Assembly (NCBI GenBank): GCA_965240325.2
Contig: OZ251239.1
Span: 620,001 to 684,000, forward strand
DNA length: 64,000 bases
Source: Rebecca billardiae RCC1528
Lineage: Eukaryota; Protista; Haptophyta
Direction of reading: 5' to 3'
The notes below the pieces were generated by a model. It ran no database searches. It had not been told where the DNA came from and saw only the letters and a program-made list of their open reading frames with translations. Both the position numbers and the translations under genes were made by a program. Positions 10,774 to 19,022 of this stretch are shown here, piece after piece (positions within the stretch are counted from its first letter, which is position 1; every line of letters begins with the position of its first letter).

Positions 10774-12088
10774 GCTTGTCAGACAAACCCACGCTGGGCG
10801 GCCCCGCGCGTGCACGGCGCGATGGCGGCCTCACGCGGCGCGCTCGGACGCGCACCCACGGCCGCTGCGGGTGCGCGCGCGAGGTCGGCGCGGCTCAGGA
10901 CACCTGTGGGCCTGAATCGCGCGCGCTCCCACCCGACCTCGCCGCCCTCGCCGCGCGCAGGGCCCTGTTACTTTCGACGGGACACGCCCACGAGGCGTGC
11001 CCGCCGCGCGAGCGCGCGCGCGCGCGTGTGCCAGAGGCCCAATTAAGACGAGCCACGGCCTCTGCCCGATGGGCCTAGGTGTTGGCGCGTCGGCGAGCCC
11101 CCGCGCGCGACGATCGCCGCGCATACTCAGCGGAGATGAGCGGTTTTGTTGCTTGTTGAGCATATTGTTCGAACAGCTCAAATGCACATGTTACCGCATG
11201 GCACGTTCTCGGGCACCTGCTGCGTAGACAGTGCGCTCGACATGTGAGCGATCATCTGCAGGCTCGTGCACATCCCCGCTGATGGCGTGGTGTGGTCTGA
11301 TGTGGAGCAGGAAGGTGTCCACTGCTGCACGAAGATGGCCCGGTCAGGCTCGGGGCCCGCCGCATCGGCTCCGCCGGCTGGGCGCGGTAGTCACAGAGAG
11401 GTCGAGACACAGTGAGCGACGAAGCAGACCGCAAGGTAACAGGAGACGCAACGGACGTGCTAGTTCAGAAGTTGATCGAAGCTCCGGATGCGTACACATC
11501 CCCGAACTGTGCGACGCGGCGTGCCGGCGGCGCCGACCGACACGCCAGGGCTGTAATGACTGAGCCGGTTGCTGGCTGTCACGCGCGTGCGTGCGGCCTG
11601 ACCGACACCAGCATGGCTCAAGGCGCAGTAGTGATGTTCATCACTCTCAGGCTCACTCAGAGAAGCGAAAAAACGACCGTTGAATACCTCCACGCCGGCC
11701 CCGGTCATTGCTTGTCGGCCAGGCCGCACTGGCTGAGGAGCCGCGCGTCCCAGTCAGCAGGTCTCTGCGCGCAAATCGGGCGGCGAGGGCGTGGGACAAG
11801 GCGGCGCGATTGCTGCCATCGGGTCTTCTCGCCACCACGAGGCGCCCGCGCACGCCTGTCAAGCTCGTATGCGGCCTTGGGCGCGTTGCGCAGGCGGGCC
11901 ATCGCCGCCTCGCGTCGCCAGTGAACGCCATCCGCCGTTTGCGGCTGGGCGTCCGGCGCCGCCCGCGCACGCGCCACGCCTATTCAGCTACTCCCGGAAC
12001 ACACACCTTCCTTAGGCAGGTGTGTGTTCCGGGAGCCGTCTGCGCCTTCCGGACTTTTGTGGCCCCAGCGTGGGTTTGTCTGACAAGC
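10774..12088. mobile_element. Non-autonomous TIR element family X, copy A
   Basis: 25-bp TIR GCTTGTCAGACAAACCCACGCTGGG; flanked by TGTGA (5-bp TSD, or GTG 3-bp if the TIR is one base longer). The empty site is visible in the 23.2-kb copy of the host element. Confidence 0.88.
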
Positions 12089-12201
12089 TGTGAGGGCGCC
12101 CGGTAGTGAGCGAAGCGATTTTCTTTTCTTGGCGAGGCGATTTTCTTTTTCTTTTTCATTTTCTTATCTTTTTCCCGGGCACTACAAGGGGCGGACCTAC
12201 G

Positions 12202-13499
12202 GCTTGTCAGACAAACCCACGGGGGACGGCCCCGCGCGCGCACGGCGCGATGGCGGCCTCACGCGGCGCGCTCGGACGCGCACCCACGGCCGCTGCGGGT
12301 GCGCGCGCGAGGTCGGCGCGGCTCAAGACACCTATGGGGCTCAATCGCGCGCGCTCCCGCCCGCCCTCGCCGCCCTCGCCGCGCGCAGGGCCCGGCTACT
12401 TTCCGCGCGACGCGTCCAGGAGGCGGCCCGCCGCGCGAGAGCGCGCGCGCGCGTGTGCCAGAGGCCCAATTAAGATGAGCCACGGCCTCTGCCCGATGGG
12501 CCTAGGTGTTGGCGCATCGACGAGCCCCGGCGCGCGACGATGCCCGCGCGTACTCAGCGGAGATGAGCGGTTTTGTTGCTTGTTGAGCATATTGTTCGAA
12601 CAGCTCAATGCACATGTTGCTGCAGAGTGCGTTCTCGGGCACCTGCTGGCCGTAGACAGTGCGCTCGACCTGTGAGCGATCGTCTGCAGGCTCGTGTGCG
12701 CCCACGCTGGTGGCGTGGTGTGGTCCGATCTGGAGCAGGAAGGTGTCCACTGCTGCACGAAGAAGGCCGGTCACGGCTGTGAGTCCCGAGCCGGTCGCCG
12801 CGCCGCCGCGCCGCCATTCGTACACGGTAGGGCGATCGAGGCATGAGCGACGAAGCAGACCGCAAGGTATCGGGAGAAGACGCAACCGATGTGCTAGCCT
12901 AGTTGTTGGTCGAGGCTATGCGTGTAGAAGCAGCACTGACTGAATTGGCGGCGCCGGGCCGCACGGTGTCTCGCTGGCCTGTCAGCTGTCACACATGCGT
13001 GCGGTCTCGGACTGATGCCAGCATGGCTCAAGGCGCAGCGGTGATGCTAGTACTCTCAGGCCCCTCGCACAGAAGCGAAAGAACCCGACCGTTGAGTACC
13101 TGAGGGGTGCACGCGTGCCGACCATCATGCTCATCGGGCCGTGAGGCCTTCCAATCCGTAGAGCCGCGCGTGCCAGTCAGCAGGTCTTTGCGCGCATAAA
13201 GGGTGACGAGAGCGTGGACAAGGCGGCGGAAATGCTGCCATCGGGTCTTCTCGCCACCACGAGGCGCCCGCGCACGGCCGTCAAGCTCGTATGCGGCCCT
13301 GGGCGCGTGGCGTAGACGGGCCCTCGCGTCGCCCAGTGAGCGCCATCCCGCCGTTGGGGCTGGCGTCCGCAGCCCGCGCACGCGCGACGCCTATTCGATG
13401 CGCACCGGACGACCCCCCTCCCTTAGGAAGGGGGGTCGTCCGGTTGCTGATCTGCGCTTCCCGGACATTCTGCCGCCACCGTGGGTTTGTCTGACAAGC
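12202..13499. mobile_element. Non-autonomous TIR element family X, copy B
   Basis: 21-bp TIR GCTTGTCAGACAAACCCACGG; flanked by CTACG (or TAC). Colinear with copy A but visibly diverged. Empty site GGACCTACGGCCC on the minus strand at ~23167-23179. Confidence 0.88.
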
Positions 13500-13534
13500 C
13501 TACGGCCCGCCATTCAGGAAAAGGCGGGTTTAGT

Positions 13535-14662
13535 CAAGGGCGGTAAGGGCTGTCAACTCCCAGTGGCGGCAGCGCCAGAGGTTGGTTCCCGCTTCGCTGC
13601 TGCGCGGCCTCGCTCCAGCGACTAACTCTCGTGGGCGCCCGCCCTGGAGGGCGAGTGGGGCGCGCACGGCGCGAGCTCCTGCGGCCGTGTACGCGCGCGC
13701 GGAGGCGGCGCGCGCGGCTGGGCAGGTGCTAGGGAGTGCATGTCGCCCTCCCACGCCGCGCGCCTTGCTCGCCGCCGCTGTCGCCGCGCCTCAGGCCAGC
13801 GCGCACGCGTGCGCCGCCTCCAGAGCCAGCCTCGGGCCCGCGGCAGCTGGCCGCGCGCGTGTGGTGCGCGGTCTGGTCGGCGCGAGTCGGTCGGGGCCAT
13901 CGGGCGAGGTTCGCATACTATAGACGCGCGCTCTGCCGCCGCGCGCCGCCGCGCATGGGCCCGGTACCATCCCGTGAAGCTGTTGAAGGAAGCTGATCGA
14001 TGAATGCACGACAAGCAGAAATGAGCTCGAACACGCGACAGTGAGCGCCCATGCGCGTGATAGGCGGCCGCATTGGGTGCGTGTACGGCGTCCAATGAGT
14101 GCATTGCCCCGCTCTCCATCGCCTGCGCTCGTCTGTTGTGCTCTTCAGCGTCTCCATGAGCGTCCAAACATGAGCATTTTCGCATTCGTGCTGCAGTTCG
14201 TGTCAGACCTAAGATGCTTGCGTGTCGACCCATGACAACCGTGCGCGGCGGCGCGCGGCGGCAGAGCGCGCGTCTATAGTATGCGAACCTCGCCCGATGG
14301 CCCCGACCGACTCGCGCCGACCAGACCGCGCACCACACGCGCGCGGCCAGCTGCCGCGGGCCCGAGGCTGGCTCTGGAGGCGGCGCACGCGTGCGCGCTG
14401 GCCTGAGGCGCGGCGACAGCGGCGGCGAGCAAGGCGCGCGGCGTGGGAGGGCGACATGCACTCCCTAGCACCTGCCCAGCCGCGCGCGCCGCCTCCGCGC
14501 GCGCGTACACGGCCGCAGGAGCTCGCGCCGTGCGCGCCCCACTCGCCCTCCAGGGCGGGCGCCCACGAGAGTTAGTCGCTGGAGCGAGGCCGCGCAGCAG
14601 CGAAGCGGGAACCAACCTCTGGCGCTGCCGCCACTGGGAGTTGACAGCCCTTACCGCCCTTG
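13535..14662. mobile_element. P-superfamily (Galileo-like) foldback element with 421-bp TIRs
   Basis: 13535-13955 is the reverse complement of 14242-14662. Termini CAAGGG...CCCTTG; 7-bp TSD GTTTAGT (13528-13534 and 14663-14669). CA..TG ends, long TIRs and a 7-bp TSD are Galileo/P hallmarks. Confidence 0.85.
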
Positions 14663-14802
14663 GTTTAGTGATCCCAACGTTGGCGGCTTGGCGCCATTTT
14701 CTCGCATCGCCACGAATATCCTTGGTTCGGCAGCCTCTGCCCCAGGCCGGGCGACGCGCGCGCCAGGCCGCCAGCCGGTGCGCCACGCACAAGCTTGCCG
14801 GC

Positions 14803-16635
14803 ATGGTCGACGTGAGGAGCCCAGAGTGTGATCACGCCGGCTGCACCACGTGGCCTTCGTACGGCATGCCGGGCGACGCGCGCGCCAGCCGGTGCGCCAC
14901 GCACAAGCTGGCCGGCATGGTCGACGTGAAGAACCTCGAGTGTGATCACGCCGGCTGCACCACGCGGCCTTCGTTCGGCATGCCGGGCGACGCGCGCGCC
15001 AGCCGGTGCGCCACGCACAAGCTGGCCGGCATGGTCGACGTGGTGAACCGCAAGTGTGATCACGTCAGTTGCACCAAGGAGCCTTCGTTTGGCATGCCGG
15101 GCGACGCGCGCGCCAGCCGGTGCGCTACGCACAAGCTGGCCGGCATGGTCGACTTGAAGCACCCCAAGTGTGATCACGTCAGTTGCACCAAGGAGCCTTC
15201 GTTCGGCATGCCGGGCGACGCGCGCGCCAGCCGGTGCGCTACGCACAAGCTGGCCGGCATGGTCGACGTGAAGAGCCGCAAGTGTGATCACACCGGCTGC
15301 ACCAAGGTGCCTTCATTCGGCATGCCGGGCGACGCGCGCGCCAGCCGGTGCGCTACGCACAAGCTGGCCGGCATGGTCGACGTGGTGAGCCCCAGCTGTG
15401 ATCACGCTGGCTGCACCAAGCAGCCTTCGTTCGGCATGCCGGGTGACGCGCGCGCCAGCCGGTGCGCTACGCACAAGCTGGCCGGCATGGTCGACGTGAT
15501 GAACCGCAAGTGTGATCACGCTGGCTGCACCAAGCGGCCTTTGTACGGCATGCCGGGTGGCGCGCGCGCCAGCCGGTGCGCTACGCACAAGCTGGCCGGC
15601 ATGGTCGACTTGAAGCACCCCAAGTGTGATCACGTCAGTTGCACCAAGGAGCCTTCGTTCGGCATGCCGGGCGACGCGCGCGCCAGCCGGTGCGCTACGC
15701 ACAAGCTGGCCGGCATGGTCGACGTGAAGAGCCGCAAGTGTGATCACACCGGCTGCACCAAGGTGCCTTCGTTCGGCATGCCGGGCGACGCGGGCGCCAG
15801 CCGGTGCGCTACGCACAAGCTGGCCAGCATGGTCGACGTGGTGAGCCGCAAGTGTGATCACGCTGGCTGCACCAAGCAGCCTTCGTTCGGCATGCCGGGC
15901 GGCGCGCGCGCCAGCCTGTGCGCTACGCACAAGCTGGCCGGCATGGTCGACTTCAAGCACCCCAAGTGTGATCACACCGGCTGCACCAAGGTGCCTTCAT
16001 TCGGCATGCCGGGCGACGCGCGCGCCAGCCGGTGCGCTACGCACAAGCTGGCCAGCATGGTCGACGTGAAGAACCGCAAGTGTGATCACACCGGCTGCAC
16101 CAAGAAGCCTTCATTCGGCATGCCGGGCGACGCGCGCGCCAGCCGGTGCGCTACGCACAAGCTGGCCGGCATGGTTGATAGTCGGCTCGCCGTCCCCAAG
16201 CGCAGGCTGGAGCATGGCACCGGCGACAAGGGCACGCGCGCCGCGAAGCGACGGCACAAACCCACCAGCTGCGTTGCCGCTGTTTCGGACGCCGCGCCGC
16301 AGCTTTCACCACCGCCGCCGCTGGTCGATGTCAGCATCGTCCGCTGGCGCTCGCCAGATGGCACGATCCATTCGGTTGACGACGGGGTGGTCAATGATGG
16401 TGTCTGGGCCCTGGACGAGCGGTATCAGCGTGGCAACGCAGGTGACAACGCAGTCTGGGCTGCCCATGCCGGCCATGGCATCTACGACCAGGGTCTACCA
16501 GCACGCATCAACACCACAGCTGCGCCAGCACTACCGTCACCATCGATGGTGGCGGGAGCAGCACGCCGGCAGCAACCGCAGGACATACCTGTGGTGATGG
16601 CCAGGAGGGCCAGGGTCCGCGACGCTGCAGGCTGA
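14803..16635 (+). CDS. EsV-1-7-type repeat protein, paralogue 5 (12 repeats, intact tail)
   Basis: MVDV start at 14803, 12 x 114 bp to 16170, full tail. Confidence 0.85.
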   Translation: MVDVRSPECDHAGCTTWPSYGMPGDARASRCATHKLAGMVDVKNLECDHAGCTTRPSFGMPGDARASRCATHKLAGMVDVVNRKCDHVSCTKEPSFGMPGDARASRCATHKLAGMVDLKHPKCDHVSCTKEPSFGMPGDARASRCATHKLAGMVDVKSRKCDHTGCTKVPSFGMPGDARASRCATHKLAGMVDVVSPSCDHAGCTKQPSFGMPGDARASRCATHKLAGMVDVMNRKCDHAGCTKRPLYGMPGGARASRCATHKLAGMVDLKHPKCDHVSCTKEPSFGMPGDARASRCATHKLAGMVDVKSRKCDHTGCTKVPSFGMPGDAGASRCATHKLASMVDVVSRKCDHAGCTKQPSFGMPGGARASLCATHKLAGMVDFKHPKCDHTGCTKVPSFGMPGDARASRCATHKLASMVDVKNRKCDHTGCTKKPSFGMPGDARASRCATHKLAGMVDSRLAVPKRRLEHGTGDKGTRAAKRRHKPTSCVAAVSDAAPQLSPPPPLVDVSIVRWRSPDGTIHSVDDGVVNDGVWALDERYQRGNAGDNAVWAAHAGHGIYDQGLPARINTTAAPALPSPSMVAGAARRQQPQDIPVVMARRARVRDAAG

Positions 16636-16755
16636 TGAAGTCGTGAAGCGTGGCTGCGCCTATCGTTTTGGCCCTTTCAGAATTCATCAGGAAATAGTAA
16701 TCCCAACCCTTGGCGGCTTGGCGCGCCATTTTCTCGCATCGCCACGCCGATAATC

Positions 16756-16800
16756 TCGCCTGCCTGAGCTGTGTGCGTCTCTTATTCTTAGTAAACTGTA
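16756..16800 (+). repeat. 45-bp direct repeat, second copy at 18227-18271; possible solo transposon end
   Basis: TCGCCTGCCTGAGCTGTGTGCGTCTCTTATTCTTAGTAAACTGTA occurs on both sides of paralogue 6 and ends in ...CTG|TA like a Tc1/mariner right end. Confidence 0.7.
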
Positions 16801-16889
16801 CAGGCTGCTATGTATCCTTGCTGGTTCGGCCTGCCGGGCGACGCGCGCGCCAGGCCGCCAGCCGGTGCGCCACGCACAAGCTGGCCGGC

Positions 16890-18155
16890 ATGGTCGACGT
16901 GAGGAGCCCCAAGTGTGATCACGCCGGCTGCACCACGCGGCCTTCGTACGGCATGCCGGGCGACGCGCGCGCCAGCCGGTGCGCCACGCACAAGCTGGCC
17001 GGCATGGTCGACTTGAAGCACCCCAAGTGTGATCACGCCGGCTGCACCACGCGGCCTTCGTTCGGCATGCCGGGCGACGCGCGCGCCAGCCGGTGCGCTA
17101 CGCACAAGCTGGCCGGCATGGTCGACATGGTGAGCCCCAGCTGTGATCACGCTGGCTGCACCAAGCGGCCTTCGTTCGGCATGCCGGGTGACGCGCGCGC
17201 CAGCCGGTGCGCTACGCACAAGCTGGCCGGCATGGTCGACGTGGTGAGCCCCAGCTGTGATCACGCTGGCTGCACCAAGCGGCGTTCGTTCGGCATGCCG
17301 GGTGACGCGCGCGCCAGCCGATGCGCTACGCACAAGCTGGCCGGCATGGTTGACGTGAAGAGCCGCAAGTGTGATCACACCGGCTGCACCAAGGTGCCTT
17401 CATTCGGCATGCTGGGCGACGCGCGCGCCAGCCGGTGCGCCACGCACAAGCTGGCCGGCATGGCCAACGTGGTGAGCCGCAAGTGTGATCACGCTGGCTG
17501 CACCAAGCAGCCTTCGTTCGGCATGCCGGGTGACGCGCGCGCCAGCCGGTGCGCCACGCACAAGCTGGCCGGCATGGTCGACGTGGTGAACCGCAAGTGT
17601 GATCACACCGGCTGCACCAAGGTGCCTTCGTACGGCATGCCGGGCGACGCGCGCGCCAGCCGGTGCGCTACTCACAAGCTGGCCGGCATGGTTGATAGTC
17701 GGCTCGCCGTCCCCAAGCGCAGGCTGGAGCATGGCACCGGCGACCAGGGCACGCGCGCCGCGAAGCGACGGCACAAACCCACCAGCTGCGTTGCCGCTGT
17801 TTCGGACGCCGCGCCGCAGCTTTCCCCACCGCCGCCGCTGGTCCCTGTCAGCATCGTCCGCTGGCGCTCGCCAGATGGCACGATCCATTCGTATGACGAC
17901 GGGGTGGTCAATGATGGTGTCTGGGCCCTGGACGAGCGGTATCAGCGTGGCAGCGCAGGTGATAACGCAGTCCGGGTTGCCCATGCCGGCCATGGCATCT
18001 ACGACCAGGGTCTACCAGCACGCATCAACACCACAGCGGTGCCAGCACTACCGCCGTCACCATCGATGGTGGTGGGAGCAGCACGCCGGCAGCAACCGCA
18101 GGACATACCTGTGGTGATGGCCAGGAGGGCCAGGGTCCGCGACGCTGCAGGCTGA
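16890..18155 (+). CDS. EsV-1-7-type repeat protein, paralogue 6 (7 repeats, intact tail)
   Basis: MVDV start at 16890, 7 x 114 bp to 17687, full tail. Confidence 0.85.
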   Translation: MVDVRSPKCDHAGCTTRPSYGMPGDARASRCATHKLAGMVDLKHPKCDHAGCTTRPSFGMPGDARASRCATHKLAGMVDMVSPSCDHAGCTKRPSFGMPGDARASRCATHKLAGMVDVVSPSCDHAGCTKRRSFGMPGDARASRCATHKLAGMVDVKSRKCDHTGCTKVPSFGMLGDARASRCATHKLAGMANVVSRKCDHAGCTKQPSFGMPGDARASRCATHKLAGMVDVVNRKCDHTGCTKVPSYGMPGDARASRCATHKLAGMVDSRLAVPKRRLEHGTGDQGTRAAKRRHKPTSCVAAVSDAAPQLSPPPPLVPVSIVRWRSPDGTIHSYDDGVVNDGVWALDERYQRGSAGDNAVRVAHAGHGIYDQGLPARINTTAVPALPPSPSMVVGAARRQQPQDIPVVMARRARVRDAAG

Positions 18156-18280
18156 TGAAGCAGTCGTGAAGCGTGGCTGCCTATTGTTTGGCCCTCTCTG
18201 CAGGAAAATATGATGGCCAAAAGGATTCGCCTGCCTGAGCTGTGTGCGTCTCTTATTCTTAGTAAACTGTATGGGGGTAT

Positions 18281-18885
18281 GGAGCGCTCGTTGGAACCGT
18301 TGACGCCGGTTTGGCGCCCGCGCGGCGAGGGCGACGACGGGCGTACACGGGGCCCGCGGCGGCGGGAAGCGCGCGGGCGCGGCCGAGAACGGCACGGTCC
18401 GGACGCCTCTAGCCAGCCGCGGACGCGCACCGCGCCTCCTCCTCGCACGCTGCTAACTTGATCCGGGTTGAACGGTGGTTTTGCTGCCGACCAGCTCAAG
18501 TTCCACGGCTGGTCAAGGTTCGGCTTGCGACCTCGCCGCTGGTGCTTGCAAGAAGGTACACGAGTTGGTCGAACTCCCACGCACCCGCTCTGCGCTCGTC
18601 GACGCCCTCTGAAGGTGACTCGGGGTGCATGCGGGGCAGTGGAATGCAGTGGTTCGGCGTTGCCTCTCAGTCGTCCAGCGCGTAGGCCATGTAGCGCGGG
18701 TGTGGTGCGCGCATGGCCCGGTAATTCGGTCGCGGCATGTCTGTCTGGGCTGCCCAAGGCCTGCCGCACCGCAAAGCGAGCGCTCAGGAGCGTGTGCCGA
18801 CCGTGCCAGCCCCGCCGAGATGGGGCACTTCGCTGGGAAATGCGGTGTCAAGTTCCACCCCCGCTCAAGTTCCAACGAGCGCTCC
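18281..18885. mobile_element. MITE-like element with short TIRs
   Basis: TATGGAGCGCTCGTTGGAAC (18278-18297) is the reverse complement of GTTCCAACGAGCGCTCCATA (18869-18888). TSD is AT or TA (ambiguous). Internal TCAAGTTCCA repeats. Confidence 0.75.
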
Positions 18886-18904
18886 ATAGTACCATCGTGC
18901 CTGG

Positions 18905-18952
18905 ACATTCTTTTTGTAAACGTGCGCCATTTTCTCGCACCCGGCACCACGA
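18905..18952 (+). promoter_or_regulatory. Putative promoter/leader motif shared with the repeat-gene leaders
   Basis: CATTCTTTTTGTAAACGTGCGCCATTTTCTCGCAC...CACCACGAAT matches 5708-5752 upstream of paralogue 3, and the GCGCCATTTTCTCGCA core found (with small insertions) upstream of paralogues 2-6. Confidence 0.45.
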
Positions 18953-19022
18953 ATTGCTGGGTCAGCCATCCTGGCTCCGGTGAGCACTGCTGCAGTTCAA
19001 ACGCCCGCTCGAGCGCCTCACG

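Larger units (their letters stand above)
9407..13511 (-). mobile_element. Helentron/Helitron2-like non-autonomous element carrying two nested TIR elements
   Basis: Inserted without TSD between two T's of the spacer (empty site on minus strand CCTGAAT^TCTGAAAG), adding extra T's. The 5' GGCGGGCCGT has an asymmetric subterminal complement near the 3' end, followed by a short GC hairpin and T run. A homologous copy lies at 23164-24479. Confidence 0.7.

Noticed and set aside
3633-14662. Autonomous transposase genes inside the elements
   Set aside because: No DDE, HUH/Rep or helicase motifs recognised in any ORF; the elements are short and appear non-autonomous.
14443-14802. N-terminal extensions of repeat ORFs in the track (also 5385, 8067, 16710)
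   Set aside because: They run through TE arms or spacer DNA, differ between copies and mostly begin at non-ATG codons.
1-17687. CRISPR-like array (constant repeat alternating with a variable segment)
   Set aside because: The variable segments are homologous to each other, units are exactly 114 bp and in frame, the context is eukaryotic, and no cas genes are present.
1-18155. Diversity-generating retroelement as the source of variation
   Set aside because: No reverse transcriptase or template/variable repeat pair in the window, changes are not adenine-specific, and variants recur as shared blocks.
1-18155. Assembly artefact duplicating one gene
   Set aside because: Each copy has a distinct repeat string, distinct indels and different TE insertions with proper TSDs. 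Exact repeat counts still need long-read confirmation.
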